Shown: positions 13,114-24,400 of the stretch, in pieces | Position numbering within the stretch: position 1 is the stretch's first letter | How the letters are laid out: each line of letters starts with the position of its first letter | Origin: Octopus bimaculoides | Taxonomy: Eukaryota | NCBI RefSeq assembly: GCF_001194135.2 | Contig: NC_068983.1 | Location: forward strand, 67,158,130 to 67,218,703 | DNA length: 60,574 bases | Reading direction: 5' to 3' | Program-made: the position numbers and the translations under genes | Notes under the pieces: generated by a model | What the model was told of the DNA's origin: nothing | Databases searched by the model: none | The model's input: only the letters and a program-made list of their open reading frames with translations

Positions 13114-13492
13114 AGTCATTTGACTGTGGCCATGCTGGAGCACCGCCTTTAGTTGAGCAAATCGACCCCAGGACTTATTCTTTGGAAGCCTAGTACTTAT
13201 TCTATCGGTCTCTTTTGCCGAACTGCTAAGTTATGGGGACGTAAACACACCAGCATCGGTTGTCAAGTGAGGCTGAGGAGACAAACACAGACACACAAAC
13301 ATATACATACACATACATACATATACATATATACGACGGGCTTCTTTCAGTTTCCGTCTACCAAATCCACTCACAAGGCTTTGGTTGGCCCGAGGCTATA
13401 GTAGTAGACACTTGTCCACGGTGCCACGCAGTGGGAATGAACCCGGAAGCATGTGGTTGGTAAGCAAGCTACTTACCACACAGTCACTCCTG
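13114..13492 (-). mobile_element. SINE family A copy lacking its extreme 3' tail, fused to the family B fragment
   Basis: Colinear with 1571-2043 from agtcatttgactg to cacagtcactcctg. Confidence 0.9.
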
Positions 13493-13499
13493 CTTAACA

Positions 13500-13808
13500 A
13501 TTTCCTATGCACATTAGATTGTGGAAAAATATCTTCCTTAGATTATTACTTATTCTGGTCCATGGCTCACTTACTGCACTCCTGATGCTTTATCAACCAA
13601 GAGGAGGTGGAAGCTTCAGTGAATGAATTTTTCACTTCAAAGGACAAGAACTGGTATCAGCATGGGATCAAAGAACTGACAGAAAAGTGGCTTCAGATGG
13701 TACAACACAATGGTGTCTAATTTGAATACTAGGCTGCTTTTGTTGTAACTTGATGACTAAAGCAGATAAGTTACCAAAACATTGCAAAACTTTTGACTCA
13801 ACACAATG
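13500..13808 (+). mobile_element. mariner transposon 3' relic (transposase C-terminus and TIR)
   Basis: Translates SLDYYLFWSMAHLLHS*CFINQEEVEASVNEFFTSKDKNWYQHGIKELTEKWLQMVQHNGV, matching mariner PSDY.LF...FF.SK...Y..GI..L..RW. Ends in the TIR-like aaaacattgcaaaacttttgactcaacacaat. Confidence 0.85.
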
Positions 13809-16800
13809 ATATTCAGTCAAACAAAAGAAATTCATTGAATGAGTGAAATATTAAAGAACATGGAAATTCTATCTAAGACCTTTCATGATTGGTACTCTGC
13901 TTGGTTTGAGTTTTCCTTGTTAATGTGAATTAACTTGGAATGTAGGCTATATGTTGGAGTCAAAAGATGTTGAAATGAGAAGGTTCATTAAAAAAGAAAT
14001 TAAATAGGAAAAAGAAATTAATATAGAAACATTTACAAGAACAAAACAAATGAAGAGAGATGTAATGAGACTAATGAAAGGCTGAGGTGAATAAATCAAA
14101 CAAAAAAGGTGAGTGGTAGCTGGCTAGGGAGCAGGGCTAAAATGAGAAACAGAGCAATGAAGAGCAAGAAATGAAAAGAAGAATATAGAGAAAGGAAATT
14201 AGTCAGCCAATAACAAATTTGGTGATGGTGAGGAAATGATTTGGCTAAATAATTGGAATACAGAGAGCAGGATGAAAACTGAGGAGGAAGAAAATAAAAA
14301 AAATAACATGAAATTCATGTATAAATTAACTGCCAAGTAAAAAGAAAAACAAACAGATATTGGAAATCATTTGTATGGCATGTATCTCATTAGAGAATTT
14401 TCTTCTATGAATAACATCTATTTGTGGGAAGAAAACAAATTGCTTTTGTAGCATTTCAACACTATATAAATGTAAATTTCTGAAAGATGGTATGTTACAA
14501 CAGTCTTAATGATCTTTGATTGTCAAGACACCATTCTTACAATTTGTTTTCATAACACTTTATGGAAATTATTTATCATATATTTGTTTGCTATAATGGC
14601 AGACATGATGAGGTAAGAAAATTCATTACCTTAATTGGAATAACTTTATTTATCATATTAATATCCATTGAATGAAAATGCATAAACAGCTTAAAATCTT
14701 GTAAAATCTTGCTTAAACAATGCATTGTCTTGAAAAACAGTGCTTAATTCCTCTTTTCCATATTTTTATGCTTCCTTCAGATATCATCTTTATTATTTAC
14801 CAAGATGTTGTATGCACTGGTTATCTTGTTATGAGCTCAACTATGCCGTATAAACTTCGTTTCCATTTGAGTCATTTCAGTTGAGTTATTCCTCCCAATT
14901 TTCAGTAATATCCGATAACATAAAGAGGAATCTACCAGAACAACTTTCCCACAAATTTCAAAATTTAAAGACTTTCCTGCTGATCCAATGTTCCATCATT
15001 TTCATGGAATGTCTTAAGAATAATATAAAAGTAATGAAAAAGAGACAATTGAGTAACTAATCGAAATATTTGAAATATGTTTTTGCTGTAAAGTAGGAAT
15101 TGTATTTTTACAAATGATTTGGAATTTCTTTTGACTTGAGTAAATGTTTGTGTATCACAATCTTTGTACAAGATATGTATAGAATTAACTAAACAAGTTA
15201 TATTCTATGATACAACATTAATAACTCTACTTGTGGGTGACAGAATAATTTTTGTGTTTTCAAAATAAAATCAGTTGATTTTCGATTCATTCCTTTCTAA
15301 TAAAAAAAAAATAAGCTCCAGTCATGTACTATGCTTGATTCACTTTACCATACTATGACTAATGTGTGACTTCTCATTATTGTAAGAAACCATTTAAATC
15401 TCTTATAGTTCGCATCTTTAATGTTTAACTATAAAATTAAATGGAAGGCATAATCTATTAGACACAAAGTATTATCTGTAAAATAATTTGACTGATAAAC
15501 TAAAGAATGAAATTGAAGACATGATCACTTATACATAATATTTTTACTGTTCAAAAGATGACTGATAAACTTTGAAAGAAAACTGTAGACAGTTTGTTAC
15601 AAACTCAATATTATTCTGTAAAAACTTTGACTGGTAAATAATAAGATGAAATCAAAGATGCAATCTATTATAAATACAGCATTTACATTATTTGTATTAT
15701 TCATATTTCAATTAGCTAATAAATATATTTTTTTATTTTAAGTTTTGTGTGATTTATATATTAGTGATATATTTTATAAAGATTAATTATTAGCAATGGA
15801 AGCAGTTTTAATACCAGAAGTAATCTTTATAACCAGCTTAACATGGATATATTGTTAGAACACCGAATATTGCATTATTAGCCTTGAGAGATCCTCTCTT
15901 ATAGGTACTTGGTGCATAAAAGTACACACATAGATCATAATAACTGACAAGTATTTGTGTCATGGTCATGGGAATTCTCATATCACTTGATTTTGGTCTA
16001 CTGGATCTCATCAGTTGAAGCACTGGTTGCCTGTTAAATTTCACTGCCATGCAGTGCTCATGACAGATGATTCTTGTCTGCTATGATCTACATATTTTAT
16101 ACTTTGAGTATCAAGAATCAGTGAAGCAACTACTGAACTTTGTTCATTGGGGCCATGGGTTCAGCTATATTTACTGATATGAAATTAAGGATGCAGTACA
16201 ACATACTAAGATTTTCATATTACCAATGTAGTGAAATAAATACAATGGAAGAGAAGTGAGCCTTTATTTTCTCATAAGCAATTGTTTGTATGTGGCTCTT
16301 TCTGGTATGCATACACTTTTTGACATAAAGATAACAATTGTAGATAACTCTCAAGGCAGAAAAGATGATGAGTGTGTTACAAAGAATTCAAAAATCTCAT
16401 CTAAGACTGTACTTTTAGCATTACTGATGTGGACTTCACACTATCTCACGAATCAAATGCTCAAGAAAAAATACAGTTTTGAAAGAAATTATGAACTTCC
16501 TGGTAAACATTTTAAAACAATAGCAAAATTGCTGCTGGCACTTCTAATTTACTATTATCAAAACTATTATTATAATAGTAATGGTTACAGATTTGGTGGA
16601 ATATTTTTGGAAACATTCTACAGAGGATTAAATCTGGAAATATGAAGGAAATAATTAAGAAAAATTAGAGCCTGCAATAGTGTAATCAATGACAGGATTT
16701 TGAAGATTGATAGGAAAAGTTCATTGAAATCAGTAATAACAGCAGCACTATGGTATTTCTTTTAGTGCGAATGTGAACATACCTACTATCTACTATCATC

Positions 16801-17813
16801 CTGCCATATCCTTTTCTGTGCTGCCAGCTATTAATCCTTCTCCCTCAGGTCATTCATTATTGACATCCAACACTTTCTCATACTACCTGTCTATTATTAT
16901 CCATCACTTGATCTTTCTTATGCCAGAAAACATGTAATTGCTATTATTGTCTCTCTTCCATTACTCTCCCAACACTACCTCTTACCTCTCTTCCACCACT
17001 GTATCCTCTGTTACCCTCACCTCTTGGTTTGATTCTTTCATCATATCTTTTCCCCTCTTACCCGCTCACCTTATTCCTGCTTTTAATGCTCTCCTATTCA
17101 CCCTTTGTAGGTCACAGTCACAAAGTTGAGCAGGCTCTTTAGACTTGTAGAGGATATTACAATCTTACCTGTGATGGTACCACAATAAAATGTGCCTAGT
17201 ACACTTTGTAAAGTGATTGATGTTAAAAAAAAGTACACACTATCATAGAAACCATGCTAAATGTGGATATGTGAACGTGACTCATGAAAGAAAGTGGTAC
17301 CCCCCCCCCCCAGATAAGTCTTGACTTTGACCATGAAAACAAAATGCCCAATCCATGCCAAAATGAAAAGTATGTTAAATGATGGTGATAGTGGTAGCAA
17401 CAGTGTGTTTCCAACTTCTAAATCATACCTGAAAAGCTTTCAGTTTGATCAAAAGGAATATTTCTTTTCTGAAGAAAATACATTTCTAAAAATTATTTTT
17501 GTGTATAAATATATGAATGAACACACAAATTTACACATATGCATGCATGTGTAGATTTATGGAATTATGCTGAACCTGCCTTAAGAAATATCTTTAATCA
17601 AAGTTCTAATTACATGCTCTAGTTTTATAAAATCAAAGCATCAAGGTTTTTAAACTTCACTTTGCAAAAAACATTTTTTGCTTCATTTCTCAAAGATGTA
17701 TATAATAACTACTTAGTATTTTACTACAGTTCAATTTAATGTTATTCAATACAAATGTTATTCAATACAAATAAAATAGGAAATGAAAATGAATATAACA
17801 ACACTTCAAAAAA

Positions 17814-18260
17814 TATTGGTTTCAAATTTTGACACAGGCCAACAGTTCTGGAGGGGGGGGGAGTTAAGTTGATTACTTCAACCCCCAGTGCCCAGCTGGT
17901 CCTTATTTTATTGATCTTGAAAGGATGAATGGCAAGACAACCTCAGTTGAATTTGAACTGAGAACATAAAGACAGACAAAATGCTGCTAAGCATTTTGCC
18001 TGGTATGCTAACAATTCTGCCAGACCACCATCTTAACACATTAAATAGTATTAGCTTTAAATTTTGGCAAAAGGCCAGCAATTTTGGGGAGGGGTAAGGC
18101 CATTACATCAACCCCAGTGCTCAATTGGTACTTATTTTATTGACCCTGAAAGGATGAATGGCCAAGTCAATGTCAGCAGAATTAGAACTCAGAAACATTA
18201 AGATGGACAAAAAGCTCCAAAGCATTTTTCCCAGTGTAATAACAATTCTCACCACTTTAA
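17814..18260 (-). mobile_element. Two tandem SINE family C copies (about 17814-18035 and 18051-18260)
   Basis: Both carry the reverse complement of gcc(t)ttcatccttt...ggtcaataaaataagtaccag and a tRNA-like head; homologous to the 46.2-47.5 kb copies. The central motif resembles the Nin/Deu-type SINE domain (from memory, unverified). Confidence 0.8.
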
Positions 18261-18626
18261 CACATCAAATAATATTAAATAATGCACATTCAATAACCTT
18301 CAGTAGTAATGGAATAACATGATGACATTAAACACAACCACATGCCTATGCTCCTACATTATGGATAATGTATTGAGCTCTAGAGCAACCTTGAGAAAAA
18401 CTGTTCCTGAACCTTCTTGTGTGGAATTCATTTAATTGTCATCTCTTTTGAACAAAACTCATCTCATGCATAATAAAGTAATGAATCTGAAAAACAGTGA
18501 CTATAAATTATGAGGCATAATAGTTCTAAGGTTTATGTGCTGGTTGAAGTTATTGACATGAGGGCAAACAATGAAGCTATCACTTAATCTAATTATTTAA
18601 TTTCCTAGTATTATATATATATATAT

Positions 18627-18840
18627 CATCATTATTATCACCATTGTTTAATGTCTGCTTTTCATACTGGCATGGGTTGGACGGTTTGTCATGGAACTGT
18701 CCAGGCTCCAGTTGTCTGTTGTGGCATGGTTTCTATAATTGGATGCCCTTCCTAGTGCCAACCACTTAACAGAGTGTACTAGGTGCTTTTTACATGCCAC
18801 CAGCATGGGTGTGTGTTTACACAGCACCAGCACCTTAAAG
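18627..18840 (-). mobile_element. SINE family B copy (degenerate)
   Basis: tgtttaatgtctgcttttcatactggcatgggttggacgg...ggatgcccttcctagtgccaacc matches family B. Confidence 0.8.
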
Positions 18841-18857
18841 GACAAGCCTATATATGC

Positions 18858-18933
<76 letters not shown>

Positions 18934-19070
18934 GCACACACACACACATAAAATAACCATAAAATATTTAACCAAATAATGGAATTGTGCTGGATTAACG
19001 ACTTGATCTGTTGTGATTTCGGACTAACTGTCATTTTAACAATACAAGTCAATTTTGGCAGTTTCATGTT

Positions 19071-20565
19071 CCTTTTATCTTTTACTGGTTTCAGCCCAGG
19101 GCTGAGGTCATGTTGGTGCACCACATGTAGCTACTTGGTGTTGTTTCCGATATCACTTTTGGTGAAGTAACGAATTGGATGGAGTTGCTCTTCTTTGTGT
19201 CTCCTGCCGTGATGTGGGTTCATCTGGTATCTCAGATAGAAACCTGTCCAGACATTCCTTGAAAACTTCCACATCAACTCCATGTAGATCTCTAAGGTTG
19301 CCTGGAAGGATGTTGAACAATCGTGGGCCCTTGAAACGCTGACTATTGCAGTATTATGGGGAAGACAGGATCTTTGGTATGATGCAATACCATCCAGTTC
19401 GATGTTTGGTATAGCTGTCAATTCCAAAATTGGGAGCTAAACTCTCCAAGATCTTCCAAATATATATCACCACATATCTCTCTCATCTCTCTCCAGGGAA
19501 TAGAGATTCAGCTCCTTTAGCCTCTCCCAGTAGCCCATCTTTTGCATCGTGTCAATCATCTTTGTGTATTGGTGCTGGATTGCTTTAAGTTCCACAGTTT
19601 GTTTCACACTCTCTGGGGTCCATAACTGAGAGTAGTAGTCCAAGTGACTGAGAACAAAAGTCTTCCATAGGAGTAGCAGGGCCTCTCTTTTCCTGGCTCT
19701 GAATGTCCTCAGAATTCATCTAGCCACTCACCTGCACAGTGTTGCCATGTTGGTAATATGCACATTGCTCATGTGAACCCCCAGGTCATGCACCAGCTCT
19801 GATTCTGGGATTGTATTACCTTCTGCTCCAGTGTATTCTGATTTTAGCCCGGTGTTGGACCGATAGTGGAATGCCTGAAATTTCATAGCATTGAACTGCA
19901 TGTTATTTTTGTTAGCCCATTTGTAGATTTCATTCAGGTCTTTCTGCAGTTTTATGATGTCCTCTGGATTCCTAACTGCCTGTGATACTTTTGTGTCATC
20001 ATCATAACTGGTCAGATTGGCTGACTGTACCACGCAGGGCATGTCTGAGAGGGCCACCACAAATAGTAGTGGCCCTAGCACAGTTCCTTGTTGGACTCCA
20101 CTGAGAATTGGTGTCTCTTCAGAGTGAGCACCATTGGCTACAGCTGACTCCTGCCCTGCAGAAAATCATTCAGCCACTCTCCCAGATTCTCAGTAATACC
20201 AAGGTTTCACAGCTTATGACATATGCCATGATCAATGTTGTCGAAGTCCTTGGCAAATCAAGGTATAACACGTCTATGGCTGACTGGTTTAGCTGTTGCT
20301 TCAGTACCCAGTCAAAGTGCTGCAGCAACTGTGTGAGGCAGCTCCTCCCTGGATGGATGCCATGTTGCGTATTTGTGAGAAGGTTGTTTTTTTCTAGGAA
20401 CGGGACCAGCCTTTTACTGACGATGCATTCCATTGTCTTCCTAACATGTGAGGTCAGAGAGATGGGTCTATTGCTTTTAGCTCTGCTCCCTCCTTTATGG
20501 ACAGGGCATATTATACCCTCCTTTAGCATATTGGGAAGTTTACCACATGCAAGGAAACTCTGATA
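19071..20565 (-). mobile_element. 5'-truncated CR1-group LINE, decayed RT ORF2 and 3' end
   Basis: Motifs PVHKGG, RPISLTS, QHG..PGRSCLTQLL, DVLYLD, SGVQQGTVLGPLLF, SYDDDTK (YADD site mutated) and LQKDLNEIYKWANKNNMQFN, across several frameshifts. The last ORF piece stops at 19131, about 60 nt before the tail. Confidence 0.9.
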
Positions 20566-20829
20566 AAATTTTGTATTGATGGCAGAACAGTCTCTGTCAC
20601 ATTTGATTTAGTAAGACACACAAATAAAATATGCTTACATAGTTTTTGTTTTACAAATGCAACAGTAGGCTTGTTATCATTTTTTGAGTGAAACTAATTT
20701 ATTCTTCTATCCTTATAAAGATTATAGGTTCTTTAGTGTTGATGATGAATGCTATGATCAACTTAGTTTGAATGTTGCTATAATTAAGTTTATAAGGGTG
20801 AAGAAATTTCAGTTGATACATTTCCTTTA

Positions 20830-21498
20830 TCTATACTATATATAAAACAGAGATGTGTGTGTAATCGCTTTTCACGTGAAATCGACTTCACCAAATGCTT
20901 CCATACTTGTAATGCATGAATAATTTGACCTCGGATAAATCTTAGGCTCTTCATTTGATTTTTTTAATTAAAAATAAATAATATTGCTTTATATTTAAGA
21001 TTCACTTCTTTAAAAAGGTTCCTCAATGTCAACTTCCGGTATTGACATAACGACCGCAAAAAGCTTCACTCTCTATTTTGTGTGTTCGTGTGTATGAGAG
21101 AGAGAGAGAGAGAGTAAATACTACATACACACCACTCTCTTACTCTGTCTCACACACATACACACACACATACCCCTTGACTCACTCACACTCTGTATCT
21201 TACAAACACACACATACATAAATGTATACAAACATATTTATACTCTTCTGAGAATATTCACGTAAATCATTTTTTTTATTTAATCCCCATTTTAATTTTC
21301 GTAATAGTTTCCAAGTACCAATGAGGCTTTTTGGCACATCTTCAATTTTTCCCATTCATGAGAGGTGCCCAGCCATCATTCATCTGAGAGTTCATCTACA
21401 AAATGTCCTCAAATTTCTGTACAGCATATTTTGCTTTTTTTTCTTCAAGTATATAAGCAACAATTTCATTCCCGAGCAACGCTGGGTGCCTCTGCTTG
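20830..21498 (+). mobile_element. Non-autonomous Helitron-like element
   Basis: Starts A|TCTATACTATATATAAAA, ends with a GC-rich hairpin cccgagcaacgctggg (21471-21486) 8 nt before CTTG|T (a CTRR variant); no TSD; internal microsatellites. Confidence 0.65.
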
Positions 21499-24400
21499 TA
21501 ACTGATATAAAAGAACACCTTTAAAGACCTCACACACTTGTCACTACTATTGCCACAAATTCTCGAAATTTGTTTTAACTGTAGCCAAGATATAATCTAT
21601 TGCCTTTTGATTTTGAGTTTATTTCTGAATTTTCCTTAGCAGACAATATTTGTTATGAATTTTACATCTGAAAATATAACAAAAGTACAAGTGAATATTT
21701 CACATTATTTCATTGATTTCCAATAACTGTCTGCTATTAGTGATGAGATTATCTATAGGTATGTGTTGTGGTGGTGTTTGTAACTATAATGTTAACCTAG
21801 AGTAATGGTTAGTGAAGTGGTATTTGTTCATGGTTAATGTGTTTTGCTAGTAGTTTGGTATTGACAGTATTTGGAGAAACATTGAGTAATAGTAATGATA
21901 GTATTGTTGATAGTAGTTCAGTGGTTGTCTGTTTATAATTGTACAACAATATTTAACAGAAGTATTTGGCAAAGGGATGCAGTGGTGATAATGATGTAAT
22001 GAAGATGATGAAAAAATATGGTATGATAATGGTACTGTTAGTAGAGAAATAGGAACTACATTGTTAGTTTAAACTCCTAACTTATGTGCATGTGTACACA
22101 CACATGCATGCATGTGCACTCACACATGCACTTTCTTCCACTTCTTCCCTAATGACCAAATTTCTATTTAGTATTCTTCCAAGAATACATTGTTGAATGT
22201 GTACCCAAATATTAGAACTGATGGGTGCATGATAAATTGAGTGAGTTTTGAGAGATATTTTTAAAAGGGAAAAATCAATTAAAAGTGTTGAAGCAAACAG
22301 TTTCTGAAAACAACAGGAACTAGAGATGATGTGTTGATAAAATGGAAGAAAGTATTTGAAACCAGAGTTATCTGGGTTTGTGAAATAAGCTGGGATATTT
22401 AAAGGTTTGACTTAAAAGCCATGAGGATGTGGTGATATCTACTAGGTACTGACCTATATAAAATCTAATGTATTCATTGAAAATGGAGTAGTTAGCCTAT
22501 TGTTTGAGCAGATTTATTAAAAAAAATTTTTTCAGTTGAAATACAAAGGAGATACAATCATCCCATTGGAAAAATACTGGTTCATGTTGTTAGTCCAGTT
22601 TTCTTCTGCAATGATAATAGATAAAGAATATATAACGTATATCAATTGTCTATACTGGGTAATATAATTATAATCCAAGTAATGACTTTATAGATGAAGT
22701 CTGCAAGTATCAGATATTATCAGTAGAGAGAAATGAGGATTATGATGTTCATACTTTCTGCAAGTCATCAGCAATATAACTGAAAATCTGACATTTTAAA
22801 ATTTAAATTTGATATAACTTTTATTCAGTAACATCTTGTTATTACACTTTGAATATTATTTGCATGAAGTTTTCTACATCTCACTTGTACTGTGTATGTA
22901 TGTGTTGTACAATTTTGTTTGAATGCCCCAAGTAATTTAGGAAAAAAAAAAAAAAAATGCAAATAGTGGTTCCAAATAATTGCAAGTTCTTTTTAATAAA
23001 ATATATATAAAACTCCACCCATATATAGACATTGTATATGATCTGAATACAGTAATTAACTCATATTATCTATTGCATTAACTTCTATCTTGATTGTTTT
23101 GCTTGGTAATAAAATATAAAATTCTGAAGTTGAATAACACTTTTGATCTTTAAAATGTGGATTAAAGGTCATATATCCAGCAAGATGTGTAAAGTGAATT
23201 GGGATTATTTAGGAAAATGAAATCAGATACTTTTCTGTTTAAACCTTTCCTTTCCTTTTTTTTAAAAAACAATTCGGAAGACTAAAAATTTGTCTTTTTA
23301 GTTTCAGACCTTGTTTTATATAAAATATTTTTTATTACTAATTTTCTAGGAACAGTACAATTTTCTTTTCTAAAGATATTGTCCTGCAATGTCCAGTGAA
23401 TTGAGCAGACTTAATGAGAATTGAGCTTCTTTGATTATCTTAAAGTAATATGATTAACTTAAGAGCCTCATTGAATGTTATACTTATTAGTTTGATTTCT
23501 TGCTTAGATTGTTGCCAGTGATGTATAACATTGCAGATATGCAATGCTGAGAAAGACTACCTTTAGCTATTGTACTTATAGAATGCCTGTTAGAAATTGC
23601 ATTCTTATACAATACAATACACACGGAGATTTCAAATCAGCTTAACCTTCTATAAATTCACAAGTTAGCTCTTATGCACAATGTCTCATTATTGATAAAA
23701 CTTCTTACATATCTACAGAGGTCTTTCTATAAACATCATCTCCTATTTGCACCACATTAAATAAAATGGAAATTATTAGCAGAGTCTATAAGATTGCTTT
23801 CTATTATAACTTATTTGGGATATAGGAAATTTTCAATTCTTCCGTATAATTCTTCCAGCCAGTGTACCAGATACAATACATTATCTAATATTCGTATAAG
23901 ACATATGTTAATCTTCATGCCTTGATGGAATTAGCATTGTAATGTGTTGCAAACCAAATCCATAAACGATATATATATATATATATATAATGAATGTTTT
24001 TCTAAAAAAAGCTATATACATAGAAAAGCATTGTCTATATAACTTTTAGACCTCTCATTTAAAATAGGATATGATTGACATAGTGAGTTTGCTTATTCTT
24101 CTTTAAGGTTTTTAAAATTGTTTTTCTTATACAGTTTATTAAAAGAGGAAGGGGAAAACCCATGACTTTTACAGGGCCCCAAAGAAAAGGGAAAGAAGCA
24201 ACTAAATTGTTGGTTGTTAATAAATGCTTTGGTCTCTAAGTAACCCAACTGGAAATAAATGGTCTTGTGTAAGTTTCCTATTGAATAGGGTAGCACCCTG
24301 TGCAGTGCTCATAGGACTGAGCCTCTGCAGGAAAACTATTTCCAGCTGTATCATCTAAGTTGCTGTGGCATTATAAAAGGTAAAATGCAGAAAGAATCAG

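Noticed and set aside
13990-14300. Purine/pyrimidine-skewed tracts (also about 16780-17110, 40380-40720, 56330-56590)
   Set aside because: Probably very old repeat remnants; pairwise similarity too weak to define by eye.
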